Assembly: GCA_023248155.1 (NCBI GenBank) | Contig: JAHFFE010000001.1 | Location: 212,873 to 276,872 of the forward strand | Reading direction: 5' to 3' | Length of the DNA: 64,000 nucleotides | Source of the DNA: Candidatus Omnitrophota bacterium | GTDB taxonomy: Bacteria; Omnitrophota; Gorgyraeia; 1-14-0-20-64-10 | Shown here: piece by piece, positions 53,120 through 63,710 of the stretch | Numbering within the stretch: the first letter of the stretch is position 1 | Layout of the letters: each line of letters begins with the position of its first letter | Notes under the pieces: generated by a model | The model's input: only the letters and a program-made list of their open reading frames with translations | Databases searched by the model: none | Told to the model about the DNA's origin: nothing | Translations under genes and position numbers: made by a program

Positions 53120-55864
53120 ATGAGATCCAATAACCGCCTAACAGGGCGATTTTTATTTGCCCGAATTTTAAGCGCTTTGTTGATCGTTAGCATTGCGCTG
53201 CCGCCTTCGTCTGTCTACGCCTTGCGTCCGCTCGCGGGCCGCGAATCCGGGATGGAAGAAAACCTTACGAACAAATTGCGTCCTGTCACTGGGCAGGAGG
53301 AACGGATCGTGGTACGCATCAATCCGGTGACGGAAGCTCCGGAGTGGCGCCTGGAAACGGAGTTCCGCGTTTCTCCTGAATCACAAAGCATCCGTGATTT
53401 GTTAAGCCAGCCGAATCCATCTTCTGCCGATTGGTATCGTCATGATCCGAAGGAGAAGCTGGATCGTTTGGCGGAGCTGTTTCAGGCCGGATTTGATTAC
53501 TATGCTCGCTGGATTCCTTTGTCCGGAGGAGCCCTCGTTTATTATGATGCAAGCCCACTGCTGGCTTATCTGAAGCAAGAATTCCAATGGGCCGCTTCGA
53601 CGGAAACAACCCAGCTCAATCGCATGCAATATACGCACCTGGTGAACACAATAGTCACTCAGCTGTTTCATCCGAACCGGCGTTCGCTGCTCTCTTTCCC
53701 GGATGCAAACGACCACTCGCGCGTCATTGAAAAAGATTTGACGGAAGATTGGCGGGCAATCCCTTACCTGGATGGACGAATCCCTGTTTGGGAAGCGGCT
53801 TCCAAGCCGGGTGAGCGCAATCCCGGATTTTTCACGGTGGAGGGGTGGCACCAAGGCCCGTTTGCGGTGCACGGGTCTCATTCGGATCCGTATTGGATGC
53901 AGGTTCCGTTGGAGGAATATCCGAAGCGGTTAGTTCAACCCATTGCAGCATTGTTTACTCGGCTGAGGAATTCTCCGGCAGATTTCAGGCGCTATTTTGG
54001 AACATTGACCACTCAGTTAGAAGAAAGAGCTCACGCGGAGGACGAGGTGTGGGCGTATCGGTTTCACGGAAGCGTTTTTCCATCCACCCAGTATACAGAC
54101 CATCTTATTGCAGATGCGATTCTCCGCCCGAATTCTAGGGCTGATCGGTTATGGACGAGTCAAAAACAAGCCCACTTAAGAAACGGAGAATTCTTTGATT
54201 CGGCCGGCAATTTTATAGAATTTTCCGGACAATTGAAACGGCTGATCCGGGTGATCGAAGCGGTCTACGCTGAAAAACCGGAACCAGAGGCTGATCCCTG
54301 GGCGTTGGCACTCTTTTTGGAATACGCAATCGACCAGTATGAGAATGGCGTCAAAGCGGCGAAAGGAACATGGACGCCCTATCCGCGTGAGATTTCTCAG
54401 TGGTTTATAAGCCTTTTGGTTGAGCAAGGTCTTCCAAGGGAAGTTCTGGGAACTGGCAGAAAATTTCAAGACGGGTTATGGAACGAACTCAATACGCATC
54501 AATCGGGCGAAGCAGCGATTTCCGGCCGCAAGGCGCTGGCTTGGGCGAAGAATATGCAGCGGTCTTTCTATATAACGGAGGAAGAGCGAATAGATCTTTT
54601 AAATCAGGGGCCCCCCGTTGCGGCCGGACAGGAGGAGAAGCCGGAGGAATTCCCAACGGAGCACGACTCGAAATTCTTTGAAAAGCTGGGGGAACCGCAG
54701 TGGGGTTTCGAACCCAAAGAATGGGCGGGGCTCTGGTATCTGCTTGACGGAAAAGTGCCGCAAAGTCTGGACGGTACGCTGGATGAATTGAATCATGGAA
54801 TCAGACTCCACGCGGATTCAAAGAATTTCTGGGGATCTAAAGACGCGGAGTTCGCACAGAAATTGATACACAAACTATACGACCGGATTCGGAACCAATA
54901 TGGACTTGAATGGAATGATTGGCGTTTATTCTTTGATCTGACGAATGGAAATATTCTGGCCGATTCACAGAGGTTAAGCGTTGTCCTTGACGTGATGATC
55001 TCAAGAAAAACACGGTTTGTTTCTGAGACCCCGCTTACCCCAATTGAATTAACCATGGTCCATTCGTTGCGCGATAGGCTTCAGCAGTCTGAACCGCTGC
55101 CGATAGATCCGAGAATGCGGGATTTCCCGGCTGTTTCTACGGAAAAACAGGTCGCGATGGGGAATTTTGCCAATTTTATTATAGCCGTTACGCTTTTAGG
55201 CGCGGGGTGGTTTTACGCGCGTCAGGCCCAGAATGGAGGTGGAGTCGTCCAGCCGGATAACGCGCCGGCGCCGGCTGTTATAAAACCGCGACAACGACAG
55301 TCGGTTCCAGCCGAATATTTTCGTTTTAAGTGGGAAGGCGAGGGGCCGATTGCCGAGGTGGATGGAGAACGGGTTGATTTCAACGACTGGGATAAATTGG
55401 GCGAGGCGCTTTCTCAGGAACAGGTAGATCTCTTTTTGCGGGAGCAGGAAGGGGCCGAGAGCTGGCTGGTGCCCGTAGACGCGGCGCTGCCGATTAATCG
55501 GGCGATCCATGTTTTTGACCAGGTGGGGATTCCTTCTCAACAGCTGCCGCAGAATCTGAACTATTTTAATTTAAGCCAGGATGCGGCCGCGGAAGTGACG
55601 CCCGATTTGCTGGCGCAGGGCATTAAAGACGGCGATGTTGTGATTCTTCGCGCCGATCAGGTAACGCCGGAAGGGGCCAAGAACCTGATTCCGGAAGGGA
55701 TTAAAGCGCGCGTGGTTTTGTTAACGCCGCTCATGCTTAAGCAACTATCGGCCCGGCAGTTGCTGTTCGTGGCGACTCAGCTTGATCCGGGTGAAACGCT
55801 GTATATCCAGCACCTCTCTTCCGTCACTCTTGAAAGCCAGCGCTACCTGCTGATTGCCGCCTAG
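53120..55864 (+). CDS. Second AGQEE-type modular exported protein (~914 aa)
   Basis: Leader SVYA-LRP...SGMEE...TGQEER, internal AAGQEE at nt 54623, C-terminal domain resembling that of 1542..7091. Confidence 0.88.
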   Translation: MRSNNRLTGRFLFARILSALLIVSIALPPSSVYALRPLAGRESGMEENLTNKLRPVTGQEERIVVRINPVTEAPEWRLETEFRVSPESQSIRDLLSQPNPSSADWYRHDPKEKLDRLAELFQAGFDYYARWIPLSGGALVYYDASPLLAYLKQEFQWAASTETTQLNRMQYTHLVNTIVTQLFHPNRRSLLSFPDANDHSRVIEKDLTEDWRAIPYLDGRIPVWEAASKPGERNPGFFTVEGWHQGPFAVHGSHSDPYWMQVPLEEYPKRLVQPIAALFTRLRNSPADFRRYFGTLTTQLEERAHAEDEVWAYRFHGSVFPSTQYTDHLIADAILRPNSRADRLWTSQKQAHLRNGEFFDSAGNFIEFSGQLKRLIRVIEAVYAEKPEPEADPWALALFLEYAIDQYENGVKAAKGTWTPYPREISQWFISLLVEQGLPREVLGTGRKFQDGLWNELNTHQSGEAAISGRKALAWAKNMQRSFYITEEERIDLLNQGPPVAAGQEEKPEEFPTEHDSKFFEKLGEPQWGFEPKEWAGLWYLLDGKVPQSLDGTLDELNHGIRLHADSKNFWGSKDAEFAQKLIHKLYDRIRNQYGLEWNDWRLFFDLTNGNILADSQRLSVVLDVMISRKTRFVSETPLTPIELTMVHSLRDRLQQSEPLPIDPRMRDFPAVSTEKQVAMGNFANFIIAVTLLGAGWFYARQAQNGGGVVQPDNAPAPAVIKPRQRQSVPAEYFRFKWEGEGPIAEVDGERVDFNDWDKLGEALSQEQVDLFLREQEGAESWLVPVDAALPINRAIHVFDQVGIPSQQLPQNLNYFNLSQDAAAEVTPDLLAQGIKDGDVVILRADQVTPEGAKNLIPEGIKARVVLLTPLMLKQLSARQLLFVATQLDPGETLYIQHLSSVTLESQRYLLIAA

Positions 55865-55885
55865 AGTTATGATATTCTGTTGGGT

Positions 55886-57325
55886 ATGGCCTATCGAAAC
55901 CTTTCCGAATTTATCGCCGATTTGGAGCGCCGCGGCGAACTTAAACGCGTTTCTGTTCCGGTTGATCCTACCCTTGAAATTACCGAAATTGCCGACCGCC
56001 TGATTAAATCCAACGGCCCCGCGCTGTTATTTGAAAAAGTAAACGGTTCCTCAATTCCTCTGGCGATCAACCTGTTCGGCACAAAATCACGGATGGAGCT
56101 TGGCCTGGGCGTTAAGGATTTAAATGAGATTGCCAAGCGGATTGAACAGTTGATGGAAATTCCCAACCCAACCGGGTTGATGGAAAAATTAAGTTTGCTT
56201 CCCAAGTTGGCCGAGTTGGGGAATTTCCCGCCGAAGATCGTCTCGAAAGCGCCCTGCCAGGAAGTAGTGATTAAAGACAACCCCTCATTAAATTTACTGC
56301 CGATTTTGCAGTGCTGGCCCGATGATGCCGGCAAATATATCACGCTTGGCTCGACGATTACGCGCAACAAACAAAGCGGCCGCCGCAATGTGGGGCTGTA
56401 CCGCCTGCAGGTATTCGACGACAAAACGCTGGGCATGCACTGGCAGCCGCACAAAGACGGCGCTTCGCATTGGCGAGGATACGCGCCCGGCGAGAAAATG
56501 CCGGTGGCGATTGCATTGGGCGGAGACCCGGCCACCGTTTATGTCGGGTCGGCGCCGCTGCCGGAAGGAATCGACGAATATTTCTTCGCCGGTTTTCTGC
56601 GCAACGAGCCGGTCGAACTGGTGAAATGCGTCACCGTTGATTTGGAAGTTCCGGCGCAGGCCGAGATTATTATTGAAGGGTTCGTCACGGTGGGCGAACG
56701 GCGCGAAGAAGGCCCGTTCGGCGATCATACCGGTTATTATTCGTTGCCGGAACCGTACCCGGTCATGAAAATAACGGCAATCACGCACCGCAAAAATGCT
56801 GTCTATCCGACCACGATTGTCGGCATCCCCCCGATGGAAGATGTCTGGCTGGGCAAGGCGACCGAGCGGATCTTTCTGCCGCTGATCCAAAAAATTCTTC
56901 CCGAGATCGTTGATATGAATTTCCCGCCGGAAGGCACTTTTAATAACGCGGTCATCGTCTCGATCAAGAAAAGTTATCCGGGCCAGGCGCGCAAGGTGGT
57001 GCATGCGCTCTGGGGGCTGGGGCAGGTGATGTTTACGAAAGTGATCATTGTTGTGGATGACTGGGTCGATGTGCAGAATGTCGCGCAGGTTGCCTGGCTT
57101 GGTTTTATGAACATTGATCCGCAGCGTGACTGTTTTTTTGTGGAAGGGCCGGTCGATACGCTCAACCATGCGTCGCCGCAATGGAACTTTGGATCCAAAA
57201 TGGGCGTCGATGCCACCGAGAAATTACCCGAAGAAGGCCACCCGCGCGGATGGCCCGATGTCATTACGATGTCTGCCGAGATAAAGGAGAAAGTCACCCG
57301 CCGTTGGGCCGAATACGGCTTATAA
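55886..57325 (+). CDS. ubiD: UbiD-family (menaquinone pathway) decarboxylase
   Basis: EITEIAD, GPALLFE, RNVGLYR, EGPFGDHTGYYS, GSKMGVDAT. Confidence 0.95.
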   Translation: MAYRNLSEFIADLERRGELKRVSVPVDPTLEITEIADRLIKSNGPALLFEKVNGSSIPLAINLFGTKSRMELGLGVKDLNEIAKRIEQLMEIPNPTGLMEKLSLLPKLAELGNFPPKIVSKAPCQEVVIKDNPSLNLLPILQCWPDDAGKYITLGSTITRNKQSGRRNVGLYRLQVFDDKTLGMHWQPHKDGASHWRGYAPGEKMPVAIALGGDPATVYVGSAPLPEGIDEYFFAGFLRNEPVELVKCVTVDLEVPAQAEIIIEGFVTVGERREEGPFGDHTGYYSLPEPYPVMKITAITHRKNAVYPTTIVGIPPMEDVWLGKATERIFLPLIQKILPEIVDMNFPPEGTFNNAVIVSIKKSYPGQARKVVHALWGLGQVMFTKVIIVVDDWVDVQNVAQVAWLGFMNIDPQRDCFFVEGPVDTLNHASPQWNFGSKMGVDATEKLPEEGHPRGWPDVITMSAEIKEKVTRRWAEYGL

Positions 57326-57335
57326 GGAGAGAGCC

Positions 57336-58844
57336 ATGAGTCAGATTTCCCGGAAAGTTATCTATCCAGCTATCTTCTTCGCGATTTTTTTGGCCGCGTC
57401 GACTGTTTTCGCGGAGACCGTGGAGATTGTCACCTATTTTCCGACTACCGGCGGCAATAACGAACATGTGAATGATTTAACGGTAGGGCCGGGTTTTTTG
57501 GGCGAAAACCCCGCCAATGGCGTAGCACTGATTGAAACCCGGCTCGGGATTGGCACCAATGATCCACAGCAACAGCTGCATATCACGGGCAACCTAAGGA
57601 TTCCATCGACCACCGCTGTGGGCGGAGTTCCTTCCGGCGGTGTTATTTTTTCTGACACAACCCGGTTTATTCACCGTTTTGGGAGCGGCAATTTCTTCGC
57701 GGGGACCGCCGCGGGCAATTTCACGCTGACCGGTTCCTCGAATATCGGGATAGGCACGAATGCGATGCAGAGCCTGACGAACGGAATTCAAAATGTCGCG
57801 GTGGGCTCTCGCGCCATGGAACTTAATACCAGCGGCCAGAGGAATTCGGCGTTTGGGATGGAGAGTCTGAATAATAATACGACGGGCGGTTTGAACACGG
57901 CGCTGGGGCATAATACGCTTTTTTTTAATCAGACCGGATTTAATAACACCGCGGTAGGCTATCAGGCTTTGCTGAACACGACGGGAAGCGATAACGTGGC
58001 TGTGGGCCAAAACGCCGGATCGGCTCTGTTGGCGAATGCGAACACGACCGGATCAGGCAATACGTTTATAGGAACTCGATCGGGTTCCGGGGTGGCCGCG
58101 CAATTGACCAACGCGACCGCGCTTGGATTTGAAGCGCTGGTCTCGGCCAGCAACGCGCTGGTGCTGGGCGGCACTGGCGCCAACGCGGTGAGCGTAGGGA
58201 TTGGAACTGAAACACCGCAGGCGACATTGGATGTCACTTCCGATGGCGGAACGATTCTGGTGCCTCGAAAAAGCACGGCCGGTGATCCGGCCGTAGGCGT
58301 CAACGGCATGATCTACTACAACGCCAACGCGCAGCAGTTCCGTTTTCATCAAAATGGGGCATGGCAGTCTCTTGATGGAGGATGGAGGCTGATTTTCCGG
58401 GATGACTTTCAAGCCAATGCCAACGGATGGGCTCCAGCAACGAGGACCAATATTGGAGGGGCCACGATCCTGGGTGGGTTTAGTACCGCAGGCAACGGAA
58501 CGACTTTAACAAGGAATTTTGATCTTACCGGTATTGCCCACACTCAGATTAAAGTTGAACTGGATTATTATGCCATTGACAGCTGGGACGGTGAATTTGG
58601 GTTTGTCTTCGCCGCGGGCGCGGCGGGTAGTTCCAGAAATATATGGGCCGAACGAATCAATCAGTTCGACCCCGGACGGATCAACTTCGGTGGGGCAGCC
58701 AACCGGACAGACGGTGTTTACCATGCTCTGTTAACCGGCTCGCATTCCACTAATACGCTGACTGTATCCGCGGGATGCACCTTGGATCAGGCGAGCAACG
58801 ACGAATCCTTTGGAATAGACAATGTGGAGGTTTGGGTCCGATAG
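57336..58844 (+). CDS. TYYP-family fibre protein (copy 8) with beta-sandwich-like tip
   Basis: VFA|ETVEIVTYFPT; shared repeat block; tip DDFQ..ANGW...IDSWDGE...ESFGIDNVEVWVR. Confidence 0.9.
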   Translation: MSQISRKVIYPAIFFAIFLAASTVFAETVEIVTYFPTTGGNNEHVNDLTVGPGFLGENPANGVALIETRLGIGTNDPQQQLHITGNLRIPSTTAVGGVPSGGVIFSDTTRFIHRFGSGNFFAGTAAGNFTLTGSSNIGIGTNAMQSLTNGIQNVAVGSRAMELNTSGQRNSAFGMESLNNNTTGGLNTALGHNTLFFNQTGFNNTAVGYQALLNTTGSDNVAVGQNAGSALLANANTTGSGNTFIGTRSGSGVAAQLTNATALGFEALVSASNALVLGGTGANAVSVGIGTETPQATLDVTSDGGTILVPRKSTAGDPAVGVNGMIYYNANAQQFRFHQNGAWQSLDGGWRLIFRDDFQANANGWAPATRTNIGGATILGGFSTAGNGTTLTRNFDLTGIAHTQIKVELDYYAIDSWDGEFGFVFAAGAAGSSRNIWAERINQFDPGRINFGGAANRTDGVYHALLTGSHSTNTLTVSAGCTLDQASNDESFGIDNVEVWVR

Positions 58845-58865
58845 GTTCCTAATGGAGGTTTTGAA

Positions 58866-60773
58866 ATGGCAAAAACTCGCGCCGGTAAATATCCTGTTCT
58901 TTTTGTTGTTGCTTTGATCGGTTTAATTGCCGGGTATGCGTTCGCGGAAACCGTTGAATTGGTGACTTATTACCCGAGCAGCGGCGGAGGCGGCACCGAC
59001 CCGCAAGTGAATTCGATTCGGGTGGGAAGCGGCTACGCCGGGAGCGCGGTTCCGGCCAACGGAGAGGTGCTTATCGAAGGGAACATCGAGTTGCCTGCTA
59101 CGACCGCGACCGCGGGTGTTATCTTCTCTGGCCCCAACCGGTTCATCCATAATTTCGGAACCGACAATTTCTTTGCTGGAGTTAACGCCGGCAATTTCAC
59201 AATGACGGGTGCCGATAATGTCGGGGTTGGGGCGAATTCACTTTTTTCAAACACCACAGGCCGCGACAACACCGCGGTCGGTTTCAACTCGCTAAGGGCG
59301 AATACCATAGGAGCCCAAAACACAGCCATAGGGCAAGAGTCTCTGTTGGCAAACACCGTTGGTACTGGCAACACGGCGGTAGGACAGGAGTCTCTTAAGG
59401 CAAATACGACCGGAAATGCCAACACGGCGATGGGAGAAAATTCTCTGGCGGACAACACGGGCGGAAACAACAACACAGCGGCAGGAGATCATTCTCTGCA
59501 GCGAAACAGGACCGGAAGCGGTAACACGGCGGTAGGACAGGAATCTCTGCAGGAGAACACAACCGGTAGCAACAACACGGCGGTTGGAGTCAGCGCCCTC
59601 AACGCCAACACGACTGCCATTGCGAATACCGCCGTGGGAAGTCGCGCGTTGATGGCCAACACGACCGGCACCGGCAACACGGCGCTGGGGGTTGGCGCTT
59701 TGCAAGCCAACACGCTTGGGAATAATAATACGGCGCTGGGGGTTAACACTTTAGAAGCTAACACGACTGCCATTGCGAATACCGCCGTGGGAAGTCGCGC
59801 GTTGATGGCCAACACGACCGGTACCGTTAACACGGCCGTGGGGGTCGGCGCTTTGGAAATCAACACGACCGGCAGCTGGAACACCGCGGTGGGGGTTAAT
59901 GCGCTTACGAGTAACAATCCAACCCTGGCGACGAATGGGTTCCGGAATACGGCCGTCGGTTCGAGCGCCCTGCAAGACAACACGACCGGTTATCAGAACA
60001 CCGCGGTTGGGTTTAACGTTTTGCCGGCCACCACGACCGGTTATCAGAATACCGCGGTCGGGTCTGGGGCTATGCCGGCCACTACAACCGGTTTTCGGAA
60101 CATCGCCATTGGCAACAACGCCATGCCTAACAATGTGGGAGGCGCTTCGAATATTGCTATTGGCGATTCCTCACTTTCGGGTAATGTGGGCGGCAGCCTC
60201 AATACAGTGGTTGGGCATGAAGCCGGAGTGACTGTAAACAATCTTACTCATGCCACCGCCATTGGCGCCGACTCGAGGGTGTCTGCCAGCAATTGTATTG
60301 TTCTTGGTACAAACACAGATACCGTTTGTATTGGTTTGAATGCGCGTACCAATGCCACTTATAGACTCCAGGTCAACGGTATTGCCGCTAAGAATGGGGG
60401 AGGAAGCTGGACGAACTCCACTTCCGATGCCAGGCTTAAAGAAAACATCAGGCCTTTTAAAGATGGCTTGACTGTGCTGCAAAAGATTAATCCCGTCACC
60501 TATCAATTAAACGGCAAAGGCGGTTTACCGAAGGGCGGGGAAGACATTGGTGTTATTGCGCAGGATGTGAAAGATGTGATTCCTTATACGATTGGGACTT
60601 TCAAAGCGAAATTAAATCCTGATGATAGAGAAGAAACCGAGCTTTATAACTATAATGATACCGCATTGACCTATGTTTTGATCAATGCGGTCAAAGAACT
60701 CAAGACGGAAAACGACCAGCTGCGCCAAGATTTGAACCAGCTGCGGGAAGAAGTTGCCCAGCTTAAAAAATAA
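58866..60773 (+). CDS. TYYP-family fibre protein (copy 9), ~19 repeats plus S74-type chaperone domain
   Basis: AFA|ETVELVTYYPS; 17-aa repeats; TSDARLKENI...IGVIAQDV...LINAVKEL plus coiled coil. Confidence 0.92.
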   Translation: MAKTRAGKYPVLFVVALIGLIAGYAFAETVELVTYYPSSGGGGTDPQVNSIRVGSGYAGSAVPANGEVLIEGNIELPATTATAGVIFSGPNRFIHNFGTDNFFAGVNAGNFTMTGADNVGVGANSLFSNTTGRDNTAVGFNSLRANTIGAQNTAIGQESLLANTVGTGNTAVGQESLKANTTGNANTAMGENSLADNTGGNNNTAAGDHSLQRNRTGSGNTAVGQESLQENTTGSNNTAVGVSALNANTTAIANTAVGSRALMANTTGTGNTALGVGALQANTLGNNNTALGVNTLEANTTAIANTAVGSRALMANTTGTVNTAVGVGALEINTTGSWNTAVGVNALTSNNPTLATNGFRNTAVGSSALQDNTTGYQNTAVGFNVLPATTTGYQNTAVGSGAMPATTTGFRNIAIGNNAMPNNVGGASNIAIGDSSLSGNVGGSLNTVVGHEAGVTVNNLTHATAIGADSRVSASNCIVLGTNTDTVCIGLNARTNATYRLQVNGIAAKNGGGSWTNSTSDARLKENIRPFKDGLTVLQKINPVTYQLNGKGGLPKGGEDIGVIAQDVKDVIPYTIGTFKAKLNPDDREETELYNYNDTALTYVLINAVKELKTENDQLRQDLNQLREEVAQLKK

Positions 60774-61617
60774 ATTCAAGGATATCGTCGAAGCGCTGCG
60801 GCTGGAGCATACCATTTTCGCTTTGCCATTTGCCTATGTGGGTGTTTGGGCCGCTGCCGAGGGGAATCCGTCGTGGCGCGTCGTCGGGTGGGTCACATTG
60901 GCGATGGTCGGCGCGCGCACGGCCGGCATGGCACTCAACCGTCTCATCGACCTTCCGATTGACCGAAAAAACCCGCGCACGAAAAACTGGCCGGTTCCAT
61001 CGGGCCGCGTGAAACCATCACTATTAATTTTATTAACAACTGCGGCACTCGCAATTTTCCTCGTGGCCGCCTGGAAGCTCAATCCACTCTGCGCGAAGCT
61101 CTCGCCAGTGGCGCTGGTACTTCTGGTGCTCTACCCGACGATGAAGCGGTTTACATGGGCCTGCCATTTCTGGCTGGGACTGGTTTTGGCATCGGCTCCC
61201 GCGGCCGGATGGCTGGCCGTAACCGGAAAAATGGAGCTGGAATTGATCCCGCTTTTTCTGGGCGTCTTTTTTTGGGTGTCAGGATTTGATATTCTTTACG
61301 CGCTGCTGGATATTGACTTCGACCGACGGGAAGGGGTATACTCGATTCCTGGGCGTTTTGGTCTTTCGCCCGCCTTGTGGATCTCCCGAAGTGCCCATTT
61401 AATGGCGCTATTGGCATTTGGATGGTTTGGGATCGTTATGGAATTTCGAGGCTGGTTTTGGGCAGGCTGGCTGTTGATCGCCGGGCTTTTGACTTATGAG
61501 CACCGGCTGGTAGGCCCGGGCCGTCTGGAAAAAATCAACAAGGCGTTTTTTACGGTCAATGGTTGGGTCAGCGTTCTTTTCTTTTTATTCACCTGGCTGG
61601 AGTTGACGATGCAATGA
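60754..61617 (+). CDS. ubiA: UbiA-family prenyltransferase (MqnP-like)
   Basis: EHTIFALPFAY, NRLIDLPIDRKNPRT, GFDILYALLDIDFDR, INKAFFTVNG; exact start uncertain. Confidence 0.92.
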   Translation: MPSLKNKFKDIVEALRLEHTIFALPFAYVGVWAAAEGNPSWRVVGWVTLAMVGARTAGMALNRLIDLPIDRKNPRTKNWPVPSGRVKPSLLILLTTAALAIFLVAAWKLNPLCAKLSPVALVLLVLYPTMKRFTWACHFWLGLVLASAPAAGWLAVTGKMELELIPLFLGVFFWVSGFDILYALLDIDFDRREGVYSIPGRFGLSPALWISRSAHLMALLAFGWFGIVMEFRGWFWAGWLLIAGLLTYEHRLVGPGRLEKINKAFFTVNGWVSVLFFLFTWLELTMQ

Positions 61618-63116
61618 GAAGCTTATTTGCCTGGAAAGCAGGGGTTGTCTTCTTTCTGTTGGCGGGTTGGGTTGTGCCCGCGGCCTTCGCGGAAACTACA
61701 GAGATTGTTACCTATTACCCAACCAGCGGCGGCGGCAACGAACATCTGAATGATTTGACGGTAGGGCCCGGCTATTTGGGCGAAAACCCCAATAATGGCG
61801 TTGCGCTCATTGAAACCGCTTTGGGGATTGGCACGAATAATCCGCAGGATCAGCTGGAACTTACGGAGAATTTAAGGCTTCCTCCGACCACGGCGACGAC
61901 CGGCATCATCAAGTCCGGCGCCAACCGGTTCATCCATAACTTCGGCGCCAGCAACTTCTTCGCCGGTGTGAATGCGGGCAATCTCACGTTGACGGGCTCC
62001 GCGAATGTTGGGATAGGCATTAACGCGATGCAGAGTTTAACCAATGGAACTCAAAATGTCGCTGTGGGGCCTCGCGCGATGGAGAGCACGACCAGCGGGC
62101 AGAGGAATTCCGCGTTTGGCATGGAGAGTCTGAATAATAATACGACGGGCGGTTTGAACACGGCGCTGGGGCATAATACGCTTTTTTTTAATCAGACCGG
62201 ATTTGATAACACCGCGGTAGGCTATCAGGCTTTGCTGAACACGACAGGCAGCGATAACGTGGCCGTGGGCCAAAACGCCGGATCGAATTTGTTGGCGAAC
62301 GCGAACACGACCGGATCGGGCAATACGTTTATTGGGACCCGATCGGGTTCCGGGGTGGCCGCGCAATTAACCAACGCGACCGCGCTTGGATTTGAAGCAT
62401 TGGTCTCGGCCAGCAACGCACTGGTGCTGGGCGGCACCGGCGCCAACGCAGTCAATGTGGGGATCGGAACGGAAACGCCCAGCGCCACGCTGGATGTGAA
62501 CAGTGGCTCGGTTCGGGTTTCCCGCGATGCTTCTGACGCGGCGGCTTCCGCGGCTCCGCAGAATGGGATGGTCTACTACAACACCACTACGAATAATTAC
62601 CGCGCGTACCAAAACGGCAGGTGGGTGGAGTTGTCTCCAGCCAGACCCAGTGTTTACGTCAATGCGGCCAGCTCGCAGATGCTGTTTAGTACGACTTATG
62701 CGGACGACTCTGAGCTTCAGGTGACGATAGGTCCCGGCGAAAGATGGCAGTTTGAAATTGTCGCTGTCGTCAAGGTTTATGTGGATACGGATCTCAAATT
62801 CAAGTTTACAGGTCCCGGTACCAGCGTGCTCGGGGACATTATAGCGCTCGCGACGATGTTCAAAACCGGAAATGCGGCAGGCGGCCCCGGTGTTGCTTCC
62901 ACTAGTTATTGGTCCTGTATTTTTGATGCTTATACGGATGCGCAGGTGGTGGACTTTACTACCGATGGTTTTGTGCATATCTTTATTACGGGAGAACTTC
63001 GCAACAGCGCGGCGACGGCCGGCACTTTTCACATTCAATGGGCGCTGCGCAACCCTCCCGGCGGAAATGCCTCTGTTTGGAGAGCCCGGTACCTCCGGGC
63101 TACGCGTACCGCATGA
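61614..63116 (+). CDS. TYYP-family fibre protein (copy 10)
   Basis: AFA|ETTEIVTYYPT; shared repeat block; unique tip; ATGA overlaps with ubiA and ubiX. Confidence 0.9.
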   Translation: MRSLFAWKAGVVFFLLAGWVVPAAFAETTEIVTYYPTSGGGNEHLNDLTVGPGYLGENPNNGVALIETALGIGTNNPQDQLELTENLRLPPTTATTGIIKSGANRFIHNFGASNFFAGVNAGNLTLTGSANVGIGINAMQSLTNGTQNVAVGPRAMESTTSGQRNSAFGMESLNNNTTGGLNTALGHNTLFFNQTGFDNTAVGYQALLNTTGSDNVAVGQNAGSNLLANANTTGSGNTFIGTRSGSGVAAQLTNATALGFEALVSASNALVLGGTGANAVNVGIGTETPSATLDVNSGSVRVSRDASDAAASAAPQNGMVYYNTTTNNYRAYQNGRWVELSPARPSVYVNAASSQMLFSTTYADDSELQVTIGPGERWQFEIVAVVKVYVDTDLKFKFTGPGTSVLGDIIALATMFKTGNAAGGPGVASTSYWSCIFDAYTDAQVVDFTTDGFVHIFITGELRNSAATAGTFHIQWALRNPPGGNASVWRARYLRATRTA

Positions 63117-63703
63117 TGGAACACCCGATTATCGCGATCACCGGCGCGTCCGGTTCGGCTTACGCGATCCGCGTTCTGCAGGTGCTGATTGAACAGCGGC
63201 GCGAGCCGTATGTGGTAGTCAGCGCGGCGGGCCGGCAGGTGATGGCGATCGAGCTGGGTTCCGGTGATTTGAAAGAACATTTGGGTGCGGCGGGTTGGCG
63301 CGAAGAAGACGCGCGCGATTTTACCTCACCGCTGGCCAGCGGCTCGTTCCCGACGGCAGGCATGGTGATTATGCCTTGCTCGATGGGCACGCTGGGCGCT
63401 GTCGCGCACGGCATTTCGGCCAATTTAATTCACCGCGCCGCCGATGTTCATTTGAAAGAACGGCGGCCGTTGATTGTCGTTCCGCGCGAAACGCCGGTCT
63501 CAACGATCGGTTTGCAGAATATGCTGACGCTTTCGCAGGCGGGTGTAACGGTGGTTCCGGCCAATCCCGGTTTTTATCATAATCCTCAGTCGGTGCAGGA
63601 CCTGGTTGATTTTATGGCGGCGCGAGTTTTGGATTTAATGAAAATTCCGCATTCGCTTTCCAAGCGCTGGACCGGCATGCCGGTTTTTAACGAAACGGAG
63701 TAA
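63113..63703 (+). CDS. ubiX: Flavin prenyltransferase UbiX
   Basis: AITGASGS, ASGSF, PCSMGTL, RAADVHLKERR, PRETP, PGFYHNP. Confidence 0.96.
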   Translation: MMEHPIIAITGASGSAYAIRVLQVLIEQRREPYVVVSAAGRQVMAIELGSGDLKEHLGAAGWREEDARDFTSPLASGSFPTAGMVIMPCSMGTLGAVAHGISANLIHRAADVHLKERRPLIVVPRETPVSTIGLQNMLTLSQAGVTVVPANPGFYHNPQSVQDLVDFMAARVLDLMKIPHSLSKRWTGMPVFNETE

Positions 63704-63710
63704 GTAAGCA

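Noticed and set aside
56294-57181. Long antisense ORFs (also 10220..10891, 11488..12315, 44515..45345, 62367..63038)
   Set aside because: Shadow frames of well-supported genes, expected in GC-rich DNA; no motifs.
59200-60230. CRISPR-like 51-nt periodicity
   Set aside because: In-frame, degenerate 17-aa coding repeats without a constant repeat/unique spacer pattern; no cas genes in the window.
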